A DNA stretch of 64,000 bases, from the NCBI RefSeq assembly GCF_009914755.1, contig NC_060936.1, one strand, 5' to 3'. This document shows, piece after piece, positions 27,180-40,700 of this stretch. A program made the translations under genes and the position numbers. The notes beneath the pieces are model-generated. The model was not told the DNA's origin and did no database searches. It worked only from the letters and a program-made list of their open reading frames with translations. Each line of letters starts with the position of its first letter. Position 1 is the first letter of the stretch. This DNA is from the human T2T-CHM13v2.0 reference genome, Homo sapiens.

Positions 27180-30100
27180 CAAATATCACAAAAAGAGGGT
27201 TTCACATCTGCTCTGTCTAAAGGACAGTTCACCTCTGTGAGTTGAATAGAGGCAACACAAAGAACTTACTCAGTATTCTTCTTTCTAGCGTTCTATGAAG
27301 AAATCCCGTTTCCAACGAAGGCCCCAAAGAGGTCCAAATATCTGCTTGCAGACTTTACAGACAGAGTGTTTCCAAACTACTCTATGAAAAGAAAGCTTAA
27401 ACTCCTTGAGTTGAACGCACACATCACAAAGTAGTTTCTGAGAATGATTCTGTCTAGTTGTTATACGAAGATGTTTCCTTTTCTACATTTGGTCTCAAAG
27501 CGATTGAAATCTCCAACTGGAAACTGCACAAATAGGGTGTTTCAAATCTGCTCTGTCTAAAGGAAGGTTCAACTCTGTGAGTTGAATACACACACCACAA
27601 ATAAGTTACTGAGAATTCTTCTTTCGAACATTACTTGAAGAAATCCCGTTTCCAACGAAGACCTCAAAGAGGTCCAAATATCCACTTGCAGACATTACAA
27701 ACAGAGTGTTTCCAAACTGCTCCATCAAAAGAAAGGTTAAACTCTGTGAGCTGAACACACACATCAAAAAGAAGTTTCTGTGAATGATTCTGTCTAGATT
27801 TTAGAAGAAGATGTTTCCTTTTCTACCGTAGGCCTCAAAGCGCTTGAAATCTCCAGCTGCAAATTCCACAAAAAGGGTGTTTAACATCTGCTCTTCTAAA
27901 GGAAAGTTCAACTCTATGAGTTGAATACACACAGCACAAAGAAGTTACTGAGACTTCTCCTATCAAACATTATATGAAGAAATCCCGTTTCCAACGAAGG
28001 CCTCAAAGAGGTCCAAATATCTGCTTGCAGACTTTACAGACAGAGTGTTTCCAAACTGCTCCATCAAAAGAAAGGTTAAACTCCTTGAGTTGAACACACA
28101 CATCACAAAGTAGTTTCTCTGAATGATTCTGTCTAGTTTTTATACGAAGATGTTTCCTTTTCTACCTTTGGTCTCAAAGCGATTGAAATCTCCACATGGA
28201 AACTCCACAAAAAGAGTGTTTCAAATCTGCTCTTTCTGAAGGAAGGTTCATCTCTGTGAGTTGAATACACACACCACAAATAAGTTACTGAGAATTCTTC
28301 TGTGTAACATTATATGAGGAAATCCAGTTTCCAACGAAGGCCTCAAAGAGCTCCAAATATCCACTTGCAGACTTTACAAAGACAGTGTCTCCAAACTCCT
28401 CCACCAAAAGAAAGGTTATACTCTGTGAATTGAACGCACACATCACAAAGTAGTTTCTGAGAATGATTCTGTCTAGTTTTTATACGAAGATATTTCCTTT
28501 TCTACATTTGGCCTAAAAGCGCTTGAAATCTCCACCTGCAAATATCACAAAAAGAGGGTTTCACATCTGCTCTGTCTAAAGGACAGTTCACCTCTGTGAG
28601 TTGAATAGAGGCAACACAAAGAACTTACTCAGTATTCTTCTTTCTAGCGTTCTATGAAGAAATCCCGTTTCCAACGAAGGCCCCAAAGAGGTCCAAATAT
28701 CTGCTTGCAGACTTTACAGACAGAGTGTTTCCAAACTACTCTATGAAAAGAAAGCTTAAACTCCTTGAGTTGAACGCACACATCACAAAGTAGTTTCTGA
28801 GAATGATTCTGTCTAGTTTTTATACGAAGATGTTTCCTTTTCTACATTTGGTCTCAAAGCGATTGAAATCTCCAACTGGAAACTGCACAAATAGGGTGTT
28901 TCAAATCTGCTCTGTCTAAAGGAAGGTTCAACTCTGTGAGTTGAATACACACACCACAAATAAGTTACTGAGAATTCTTCTGTCGAACATTACATGAAGA
29001 AATCCCGTTTCCAACGAAGGCCTCAAAGACGTCCAAATATCCACTTGCAGACATTACAAACAGAGTGTTTCCAAACTGCTCCATCAAAAGAAAGGTTAAA
29101 CTCTGTGAGCTGAACACACACATCAAAAAGAAGTTTCTGTGAATGATTCTGTCTAGATTTTATAAGAAGATGTTTCCTTTTCTACCGTAGGCCTCAAAGC
29201 GCTTGAAATCTCCAGCTGCAAATTCCACAAAAAGGGTGTTTAACATCTGCTCTTCTAAAGGAAAGTTCAACTCTATGAGTTGAATACACACAGCACAAAG
29301 AAGTTACTGAGACTTCTTCTGTCTAACATTATATGAAGAAATCCCGTTTCCAACGAAGGCCTCAAAGAGGTCCAAATATCTGCCTGCAGACTTTACAGAC
29401 AGAGTGTTTCCAAACTGCTCCATCAAAAGAAAGGTTAAACTCCTTGAGTTGAACACACACATCACAAAGTAGTTTCTGTGAATGATTCTGTCTAGTTTTT
29501 ATACGAAGATGTTTCCTTTTCTACCTTTGGTCTCAAAGCGATTGAAATCTCCACATGGAAACTCCACAAAAAGAGTGTTTCAAATCTGCTCTTTCTGAAG
29601 GAAGGTTCATCTCTGTGAGTTGAATACACACACCACAAATAAGTTACTGAGAATTCTTCTGTGTAACATTATATGAGGAAATCCCGTTTCCAACGAAGGC
29701 CTCAAAGAGGTCCAAATATCCACTTGCAGACTTTACAAGGACAGTGTCTCCAAACTCCTCCATCAAAAGAAAGGTTATACTCTGTGAATTGAACGCACAC
29801 ATCACAAAGTAGTTTCTGAGAATGATTCTGTCTAGTTTTTATACGAAGATATTTCCTTTTCTACATTTGGCCTAAAAGCGCTTGAAATCTCCACCTGCAA
29901 ATATCACAAAAAGAGGGTTTCACATCTGCTCTGTCTAAAGGACAGTTCACCTCTGTGAGTTGAATAGAGGCAACACAAAGAACTTACTCAGTATTCTTCT
30001 TTCTAGCGTTCTATGAAGAAATCCCGTTTCCAACGAAGGCCCCAAAGAGGTCCAAATATCTGCTTGCAGACTTTACAGACAGAGTGTTTCCAAACTACTC

Positions 30101-33100
30101 TATGAAAAGAAAGCTTAAACTCCTTGAGTTGAACGCACACATCACAAAGTAGTTTCTGAGAATGATTCTGTCTAGTTGTTATACGAAGATGTTTCCTTTT
30201 CTACATTTGGTCTCAAAGCGATTGAAATCTCCAACTGGAAACTGCACAAATAGGGTGTTTCAAATCTGCTCTGTCTAAAGGAAGGTTCAACTCTGTGAGT
30301 TGAATACACACACCACAAATAAGTTACTGAGAATTCTTCTTTCGAACACTACTTGAAGAAATCCCGTTTCCAACGAAGGCCTCAAAGAGGTCCAAATATC
30401 CACTTGCAGACATTACAAACAGAGTGTTTCCAAACTGCTCCATCAAAAGAAAGGTTAAACTCTGTGAGCTGAACACACACATCAAAAAGAAGTTTCTGTG
30501 AATGATTCTGTCTAGATTTTATAAGAAGATGTTTCCTTTTCTACCGTAGGCCTCAAAGCGCTTGAAATCTCCAGCTGCAAATTCCACAAAAAGGGTGTTT
30601 AACATCTGCTCTTCTAAAGGAAAGTTCAACTCTATGAGTTGAATACACACAGCACAAAGAAGTTACTGAGACTTCTCCTATCAAACATTATATGAAGAAA
30701 TCCCGTTTCCAACGAAGGCCTCAAAGAGGTCCAAATATCTGCTTGCAGACTTTACAGACAGAGTGTTTCCAAACTGCTCCATCAAAAGAAAGGTTAAACT
30801 CCTTGAGTTGAACACACACATCACAAAGTAGTTTCTGTGAATGATTCTGTCTAGTTTTTATACGAAGATGTTTCCTTTTCTACATTTGGTCTCAAAGCGA
30901 TTGAAATCTCCAACTGGAAACTGCACAAATAGGGTGTTTCAAATCTGCTCTGTCTAAAGGAAGGTTCAACTCTGTGAGTTGAATACACACACCACAAATA
31001 AGTTACTGAGAATTCTTCTTTCGAACACTACTTGAAGAAATCCCGTTTCCAACGAAGGCCTCAAAGAGGTCCAAATATCCACTTGCAGACATTACAAACA
31101 GAGTGTTTCCAAACTGCTCCATCAAAAGAAAGGTTATACTCTGTGAATTGAACGCACACATCACAAAGTAGTTTCTGAGAATGATTCTGTCTAGTTTTTA
31201 TACGAAGATATTTCCTTTTCTACATTTGGCCTAAAAGCGCTTGAAATCTCCACCTGCAAATATCACAAAAAGAGGGTTTCACATCTGCTCTGTCTAAAGG
31301 ACAGTTCACCTCTGTGAGTTGAATAGAGGCAACACAAAGAACTTACTCAGTATTCTTCTTTCTAGCGTTCTATGAAGAAATCCCGTTTCCAACGAAGGCC
31401 CCAAAGAGGTCCAAATATCTGCTTGCAGACTTTACAGACAGAGTGTTTCCAAACTACTCTATGAAAAGAAAGCTTAAACTCCTTGAGTTGAACGCACACA
31501 TCACAAAGTAGTTTCTGAGAATGATTCTGTCTAGTTGTTATACGAAGATGTTTCCTTTTCTACATTTGGTCTCAAAGCGATTGAAATCTCCAACTGGAAA
31601 CTGCACAAATAGGGTGTTTCAAATCTGCTCTGTCTAAAGGAAGGTTCAACTCTGTGAGTTGAATACACACACCACAAATAAGTTACTGAGAATTCTTCTT
31701 TCGAACATTACTTGAAGAAATCCCGTTTCCAACGAAGACCTCAAAGAGGTCCAAATATCCACTTGCAGACATTACAAACAGAGTGTTTCCAAACTGCTCC
31801 ATCAAAAGAAAGGTTAAACTCTGTGAGCTGAACACACACATCAAAAAGAAGTTTCTGTGAATGATTCTGTCTAGATTTTATAAGAAGATGTTTCCTTTTC
31901 TACCGTAGGCCTCAAAGCGCTTGAAATCTCCAGCTGCAAATTCCACAAAAAGGGTGTTTAACATCTGCTCTTCTAAAGGAAAGTTCAACTCTATGAGTTG
32001 AATACACACAGCACAAAGAAGTTACTGAGACTTCTCCTATCAAACATTATATGAAGAAATCCCGTTTCCAACGAAGGCCTCAAAGAGGTCCAAATATCTG
32101 CTTGCAGACTTTACAGACAGAGTGTTTCCAAACTGCTCCATCAAAAGAAAGGTTAAACTCCTTGAGTTGAACACACACATCACAAAGTAGTTTCTGTGAA
32201 TGATTCTGTCTAGTTTTTATACGAAGATGTTTCCTTTTCTACCTTTGGTCTCAAAGCGATTGAAATCTCCACATGGAAACTCCACAAAAAGAGTGTTTCA
32301 AATCTGCTCTTTCTGAAGGAAGGTTCATCTCTGTGAGTTGAATACACACACCACAAATAAGTTACTGAGAATTCTTCTGTGTAACATTATATGAGGAAAT
32401 CCCGTTTCCAACGAAGGCCTCAAAGAGCTCCAAATATCCACTTGCAGACTTTACAAAGACAGTGTCTCCAAACTCCTCCACCAAAAGAAAGGTTATACTC
32501 TGTGAATTGAACGCACACATCACAAAGTAGTTTCTGAGAATGATTCTGTCTAGTTTTTATACGAAGACATTTCCTTTTCTACATTTGGCCTAAAAGCGCT
32601 TGAAATCTCCACCTGCAAATATCACAAAAAGAGGGTTTCACATCTGCTCTGTCTAAAGGACAGTTCACCTCTGTGAGTTGAATAGAGGCAACACAAAGAA
32701 CTTACTCAGTATTCTTCTTTCTAGCGTTCTATGAAGAAATCCCGTTTCCAACGAAGGCCCCAAAGAGGTCCAAATATCTGCTTGCAGACTTTACAGACAG
32801 AGTGTTTCCAAACTACTCTATGAAAAGAAAGCTTAAACTCCTTGAGTTGAACGCACACATCACAAAGTAGTTTCTGAGAATGATTCTGTCTAGTTTTTAT
32901 ACGAAGATGTTTCCTTTTCTACGTTTGGTCTCAAAGCGATTGAAATCTCCAACTGGAAACTGCACAAATAGGGTGTTTCAAATCTGCTCTGTCTAAAGGA
33001 AGGTTCAACTCTGTGAGTTGAATACACACACCACAAATAAGTTACTGAGAATTCTTCTGTCGAACATTACTTGAAGAAATCCCGTTTCCAACGAAGGCCT

Positions 33101-33974
33101 CAAAGAGGTCCAAATATCCACTTGCAGACATTACAAACAGATTGTTTCCAACCTACTCCATCAAAAGAAAGGTTAAACTCTGTGAGCTGAACACACACAT
33201 CAAAAAGAAGTTTCTGTGAATGATTCTGTCTAGATTTTATAAGAAGATGTTTCCTTTTCTACCGTAGGCCTCAAAGCGCTTGAAATCTCCAGCTGCAAAT
33301 TCCACAAAAAGGGTGTTTAACATCTGCTCTTCTAAAGGAAAGTTCAACTCTATGAGTTGAATACACACAGCACAAAGAAGTTACTGAGACTTCTCCTATC
33401 AAACATTATATGAAGAAATCCCGTTTCCAACGAAGGCCTCAAAGAGGTCCAAATATCTGCTTGCAGACTTTACAGACAGAGTGTTTCCAAACTGCTCCAT
33501 CAAAAGAAAGGTTAACCTCCTTGAGTTGAACACACACATCACAAAGTAGTTTCTGTGAATGATTCTGTCTAGTTTTTATACGAAGATGTTTCCTTTTCTA
33601 CCTTTGGTCTCAAAGCGATTGAAATCTCCACATGGAAACTCCACAAAAAGAGTGTTTCAAATCTGCTCTTTCTGAAGGAAGGTTCATCTCTGTGAGTTGA
33701 ATACACACACCACAAATAAGTTACTGAGAATTCTTCTGTGTAACATTATATGAGGAAATCCCGTTTCCAACGAAGGCCTCAAAGAGGTCCAAATATCCAC
33801 TTGCAGACTTTACAAAGACAGTGTCTCCAAACTCCTCCATCAAAAGAAAGGTTATACTCTGTGAATTGAACGCACACATCACAAAGTAGTTTCTGAGAAT
33901 GATTCTGTCTAGTTTTTATACGAAGATGTTTCCTTTTCTACATTTGGTCTCAAAGCGATTGAAATCTCCAACTG

Positions 33975-34993
33975 GAAACTGCACAAATAGGGTGTTTCAA
34001 ATCTGCTCTGTCTAAAGGAAGGTTCAACTCTGTGAGTTGAATACACACACCACAAATAAGTTACTGAGAATTCTTCTGTCGAACATTACATGAAGAAATC
34101 CCGTTTCCAACGAAGGCCTCAAAGACGTCCAAATATCCACTTGCAGACATTACAAACAGAGTGTTTCCAAACTGCTCCATCAAAAGAAAGGTTAAACTCT
34201 GTGAGCTGAACACACACATCAAAAAGAAGTTTCTGTGAATGATTCTGTCTAGATTTTATAAGAAGTTGTTTCCTTTTCTACCGTAGGCCTCAAAGCGCTT
34301 GAAATCTCCAGCTGCAAATTCCACAAAAAGGGTGTTTAACATCTGCTCTTCTAAAGGAAAGTTCAACTCTATGAGTTGAATACACACAGCACAAAGAAGT
34401 TACTGAGACTTCTTCTGTCTAACATTATATGAAGAAATCCCGTTTCCAACGAAGGCCTCAAAGAGGTCCAAATATCTGCCTGCAGACTTTACAGACAGAG
34501 TGTTTCCAAACTGCTCCATCAAAAGAAAGGTTAAACTCCTTGAGTTGAACACACACATCACAAAGTAGTTTCTGTGAATGATTCTGTCTAGTTTTTATAC
34601 GAAGATGTTTCCTTTTCTACCTTTGGTCTCAAAGCGATTGAAATCTCCACATGGAAACTCCACAAAAAGAGTGTTTCAAATCTGCTCTTTCTGAAGGAAG
34701 GTTCATCTCTGTGAGTTGAATACACACACCACAAATAAGTTACTGAGAATTCTTCTGTGTAACATTATATGAGGAAATCCCGTTTCCAACGAAGGCCTCA
34801 AAGAGGTCCAAATATCCACTTGCAGACTTTACAAGGACAGTGTCTCCAAACTCCTCCATCAAAAGAAAGGTTATACTCTGTGAATTGAACGCACACATCA
34901 CAAAGTAGTTTCTGAGAATGATTCTGTCTAGTTTTTATACGAAGATATTTCCTTTTCTACATTTGGCCTAAAAGCGCTTGAAATCTCCACCTG
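33975..34993 (-). repeat. 6-mer HOR variant B-C-D (dimer A deleted), 1019 bp
   Basis: The D-type gttatactctgtgaattg at ~33851 runs into gatgtttcc...ctccaactggaaactgc. There is no gaatagaggc or aagctt in this unit. A-markers at 32616 and 34994 are 2378 bp apart (1359+1019). Confidence 0.92.
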
Positions 34994-36352
34994 CAAATAT
35001 CACAAAAAGAGGGTTTCACATCTGCTCTGTCTAAAGGACAGTTCACCTCTGTGAGTTGAATAGAGGCAACACAAAGAACTTACTCAGTATTCTTCTTTCT
35101 AGCGTTCTATGAAGAAATCCCGTTTCCAACGAAGGCCCCAAAGAGGTCCAAATATCTGCTTGCAGACTTTACAGACAGAGTGTTTCCAAACTACTCTATG
35201 AAAAGAAAGCTTAAACTCCTTGAGTTGAACGCACACATCACAAAGTAGTTTCTGAGAATGATTCTGTCTAGTTGTTATACGAAGATGTTTCCTTTTCTAC
35301 ATTTGGTCTCAAAGCGATTGAAATCTCCAACTGGAAACTGCACAAATAGGGTGTTTCAAATCTGCTCTGTCTAAAGGAAGGTTCAACTCTGTGAGTTGAA
35401 TACACACACCACAAATAAGTTACTGAGAATTCTTCTTTCGAACACTACTTGAAGAAATCCCGTTTCCAACGAAGGCCTCAAAGAGGTCCAAATATCCACT
35501 TGCAGACATTACAAACAGAGTGTTTCCAAACTGCTCCATCAAAAGAAAGGTTAAACTCTGTGAGCTGAACACACACATCAAAAAGAAGTTTCTGTGAATG
35601 ATTCTGTCTAGATTTTATAAGAAGATGTTTCCTTTTCTACCGTAGGCCTCAAAGCGCTTGAAATCTCCAGCTGCAAATTCCACAAAAAGGGTGTTTAACA
35701 TCTGCTCTTCTAAAGGAAAGTTCAACTCTATGAGTTGAATACACACAGCACAAAGAAGTTACTGAGACTTCTCCTATCAAACATTATATGAAGAAATCCC
35801 GTTTCCAACGAAGGACTCAAAGAGGTCCAAATATCTGCTTGCAGACTTTACAGACAGAGTGTTTCCAAACTGCTCCATCAAAAGAAAGGTTAAACTCCTT
35901 GAGTTGAACACACACATCACAAAGTAGTTTCTGTGAATGATTCTGTCTAGTTTTTATACGAAGATGTTTCCTTTTCTACATTTGGTCTCAAAGCGATTGA
36001 AATCTCCAACTGGAAACTGCACAAATAGGGTGTTTCAAATCTGCTCTGTCTAAAGGAAGGTTCAACTCTGTGAGTTGAATACACACACCACAAATAAGTT
36101 ACTGAGAATTCTTCTTTCGAACACTACTTGAAGAAATCCCGTTTCCAACGAAGGCCTCAAAGAGGTCCAAATATCCACTTGCAGACATTACAAACAGAGT
36201 GTTTCCAAACTGCTCCATCAAAAGAAAGGTTATACTCTGTGAATTGAACGCACACATCACAAAGTAGTTTCTGAGAATGATTCTGTCTAGTTTTTATACG
36301 AAGATATTTCCTTTTCTACATTTGGCCTAAAAGCGCTTGAAATCTCCACCTG

Positions 36353-37711
36353 CAAATATCACAAAAAGAGGGTTTCACATCTGCTCTGTCTAAAGGACAG
36401 TTCACCTCTGTGAGTTGAATAGAGGCAACACAAAGAACTTACTCAGTATTCTTCTTTCTAGCGTTCTATGAAGAAATCCCGTTTCCAACGAAGGCCCCAA
36501 AGAGGTCCAAATATCTGCTTGCAGACTTTACAGACAGAGTGTTTCCAAACTCCTCCATCAAAAGAAAGGTTATACTCTGTGAATTGAACGCACACATCAC
36601 AAAGTAGTTTCTGAGAATGATTCTGTCTAGTTTTTATACGAAGATGTTTCCTTTTCTACATTTGGTCTCAAAGCGATTGAAATCTCCAACTGGAAACTGC
36701 ACAAATAGGGTGTTTCAAATCTGCTCTGTCTAAAGGAAGGTTCAACTCTGTGAGTTGAATACACACACCACAAATAAGTTACTGAGAATTCTTCTGTCGA
36801 ACATTACATGAAGAAATCCCGTTTCCAACGAAGGCCTCAAAGACGTCCAAATATCCACTTGCAGACATTACAAACAGAGTGTTTCCAAACTGCTCCATCA
36901 AAAGAAAGGTTAAACTCTGTGAGCTGAACACACACATCAAAAAGAAGTTTCTGTGAATGATTCTGTCTAGATTTTATAAGAAGATGTTTCCTTTTCTACC
37001 GTAGGCCTCAAAGCGCTTGAAATCTCCAGCTGCAAATTCCACAAAAAGGGTGTTTAACATCTGCTCTTCTAAAGGAAAGTTCAACTCTATGAGTTGAATA
37101 CACACAGCACAAAGAAGTTACTGGGACTTCTTCTGTCTAACATTATATGAAGAAATCCCGTTTCCAACGAAGGCCTCAAAGAGGTCCAAATATCTGCTTG
37201 CAGACTTTACAGACAGAGTGTTTCCAAACTGCTCCATCAAAAGAAAGGTTAAACTCCTTGAGTTGAACACACACATCACAAAGTAGTTTCTGTGAATGAT
37301 TCTGTCTAGTTTTTATACGAAGATGTTTCCTTTTCTACCTTTGGTCTCAAAGCGATTGAAATCTCCACATGGAAACTCCACAAAAAGAGTGTTTCAAATC
37401 TGCTCTTTCTGAAGGAAGGTTCATCTCTGTGAGTTGAATACACACACCACAAATAAGTTACTGAGAATTCTTCTGTGTAACATTATATGAGGAAATCCCG
37501 TTTCCAACGAAGGCCTCAAAGACGTCCAAATATCCACTTGCAGACTTTACAAAGACAGTGTCTCCAAACTCCTCCATCAAAAGAAAGGTTATACTCTGTG
37601 AATTGAACGCACACATCACAAAGTAGTTTCTGAGAATGATTCTGTCTAGTTTTTATACGAAGATATTTCCTTTTCTACATTTGGCCTAAAAGCGCTTGAA
37701 ATCTCCACCTG
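36353..37711 (-). repeat. 8-mer unit with a D-type patch in dimer A (HindIII site lost)
   Basis: At 36551-36585 it reads tcctccatcaaaagaaaggttatactctgtgaatt instead of tactctatgaaaagaaagcttaaactccttgagtt. Confidence 0.88.
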
Positions 37712-40700
37712 CAAATATCACAAAAAGAGGGTTTCACATCTGCTCTCTCTAAAGGACAGTTCACCTCTGTGAGTTGAATAGAGGCAACACAAAGAACTTA
37801 CTCAGTATTCTTCTTTCTAGCGTTGTATGAAGAAATCCCGTTTCCAACGAAGGCCCCAAAGAGGTCCAAATATCTCCTTGCAGACTTTACAGACAGAGTG
37901 TTTCCAAACTACTCTATGAAAAGAAAGCTTAAACTCCTTGAGTTGAACGCACACATCACAAAGTAGTTTCTGAGAATGATTCTGTCTAGTTGTTATATGA
38001 AGAAGTTTCCTTTTCTACATTTGGTCTCAAAGCGATTGAAATCTCCAACTGGAAACTGCACAAATAGGGTGTTTCAAATCTGCTCTGTCTAAAGGAAGGT
38101 TCAACTCTGTGAGTTGAATACACACACCACAAATAAGTTACTGAGAATTCTTCTGTCGAACATTACTTGAAGAAATCCCGTTTCCAACGAAGGCCTCAAA
38201 GAGGTCCAAATATCCACTTGCAGACATTACAAACAGAGTGTTTCCAAACTGCTCCATCAAAAGAAAGGTTAAACTCTGTGAGCTGAACACACACATCAAA
38301 AAGAAGTTTCTGTGAATGATTCTGTCTAGATTTTAGAAGAAGATGTTCCCTTTTCTACCGTAGGCCTCAAAGCGCTTGAAATCTCCAGCTGCAAATTCCA
38401 CAAAAAGGGTGTTTAACATCTGCTCTTCTAAAGGAAAGTTCAACTCTATGAGTTGAATACACACAACACAAAGAAGTTACTGAGACTTCTCCTATCAAAC
38501 ATTATATGAAGAAATCCCGTTTCCAACGAAGGCCTCAAAGAGGTCCAAATATCTGCTTGCAGACTTTACAGACAGAGTGTTTCCAAACTGCTCCATCAAA
38601 AGAAAGGTTAAACTCCTTGAGTTGAACACACACATCACAAAGTAGTTTCTGTGAATGATTCTGTCTAGTTTGTATACGAAGATGTTTCCTTTTCTACCTT
38701 TGGTCTCAAAGCGATTGAAATCTCCACATGGAAACTCCACAAAAAGAGTGTTTCAAATCTGCTCTTTCTGAAGGAAGGTTCATCTCTGTGAGTTGAATAC
38801 ACACACCACAAATAAGTTACTGAGAATTCTTCTGTGTAACATTATATGAGGAAATCCCGTTTCCAACGAAGGCCTCAAAGAGCTCCAAATATCCACTTGC
38901 AGACTTTACAAAGACAGTGTCTCCAAACTCCTCCATCAAAAGAAAGGTTATACTCTGTGAATTGAACGCACACATCACAAAGTAGTTTCTGAGAATGATT
39001 CTGTCTAGTTTTTATACGAAGATATTTCCTTTTCTACATTTGGCCTAAAAGCGCTTGAAATCTCCACCTGCAAATATCACAAAAAGAGGGTTTCACATCT
39101 GCTCTGTCTAAAGGACAGTTCACCTCTGTGAGTTGAATAGAGGCAACACAAAGAACTTACTCAGTATTCTTCTTTCTAGCGTTCTATGAAGAAATCCCGT
39201 TTCCAACGAAGGCCCCAAAGAGGTCCAAATATCTGCTTGCAGACTTTACAGACAGAGTGTTTCCAAACTACTCTATGAAAAGAAAGCTTAAACTCCTTGA
39301 GTTGAACGCACACATCACAAAGTAGTTTCTGAGAATGATTCTGTCTAGTTGTTATACGAAGATGTTTCCTTTTCTACATTTGGTCTCAAAGCGATTGAAA
39401 TCTCCAACTGGAAACTGCACAAATAGGGTGTTTCAAATCTGCTCTGTCTAAAGGAAGGTTCAACTCTGTGAGTTGAATACACACACCACAAATAAGTTAC
39501 TGAGAATTCTTCTTTCGAACATTACTTGAAGAAATCCCGTTTCCAACGAAGACCTCAAAGAGGTCCAAATATCCACTTGCAGACATTACAAACAGAGTGT
39601 TTCCAAACTGCTCCATCAAAAGAAAGGTTAAACTCTGTGAGCTGAACACACACATCAAAAAGAAGTTTCTGTGAATGATTCTGTCTAGATTTTATAAGAA
39701 GATGTTTCCTTTTCTACAGTAGGCCTCAAAGCGCTTGAAATCTCCAGCTGCAAATTCCACAAAAAGGGTGTTTAACATCTGCTCTTCTAAAGGAAAGTTC
39801 AACTCTATGAGTTGAATACACACAGCACAAAGAAGTTACTGAGACTTCTCCTATCAAACATTATATGAAGAAATCCCGTTTCCAACGAAGGCCTCAAAGA
39901 GGTCCAAATATCTGCTTGCAGACTTTACAGACAGAGTGTTTCCAAACTGCTCCATCAAAAGAAAGGTTAAACTCCTTGAGTTGAACACACACATCACAAA
40001 GTAGTTTCTGTGAATGATTCTGTCTAGTTTTTATACGAAGATGTTTCCTTTTCTACCTTTGGTCTCAAAGCGATTGAAATCTCCACATGGAAACTCCACA
40101 AAAAGAGTGTTTCAAATCTGCTCTTTCTGAAGGAAGGTTCATCTCTGTGAGTTGAATACACACACCACAAATAAGTTACTGAGAATTCTTCTGTGTAACA
40201 TTATATGAGGAAATCCCGTTTCCAACGAAGGCCTCAAAGAGCTCCAAATATCCACTTGCAGACTTTACAAAGACAGTGTCTCCAAACTCCTCCACCAAAA
40301 GAAAGGTTATACTCTGTGAATTGAACGCACACATCACAAAGTAGTTTCTGAGAATGATTCTGTCTAGTTTTTATACGAAGATATTTCCTTTTCTACATTT
40401 GGCCTAAAAGCGCTTGAAATCTCCACCTGCAAATATCACAAAATGAGGGTTTCACATCTGCTCTGTCTAAAGGACAGTTCACCTCTGTGAGTTGAATAGA
40501 GGCAACACAAAGAACTTACTCAGTATTCTTCTTTCTAGCGTTCTATGAAGAAATCCCGTTTCCAACGAAGGCCCCAAAGAGGTCCAAATATCTGCTTGCA
40601 GACTTTACAGACAGAGTGTTTCCAAACTACTCTATGAAAAGAAAGCTTAAACTCCTTGAGTTGAACGCACACATCACAAAGTAGTTTCTGAGAATGATTC

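Noticed and set aside
2089-38740. Ten short ORFs (64-90 aa) in the supplied track
   Set aside because: All are translations of alpha satellite, opened by chance loss of stop codons. They recur at repeat offsets (1359, 2038, 15968) and show no gene context or recognisable domain.
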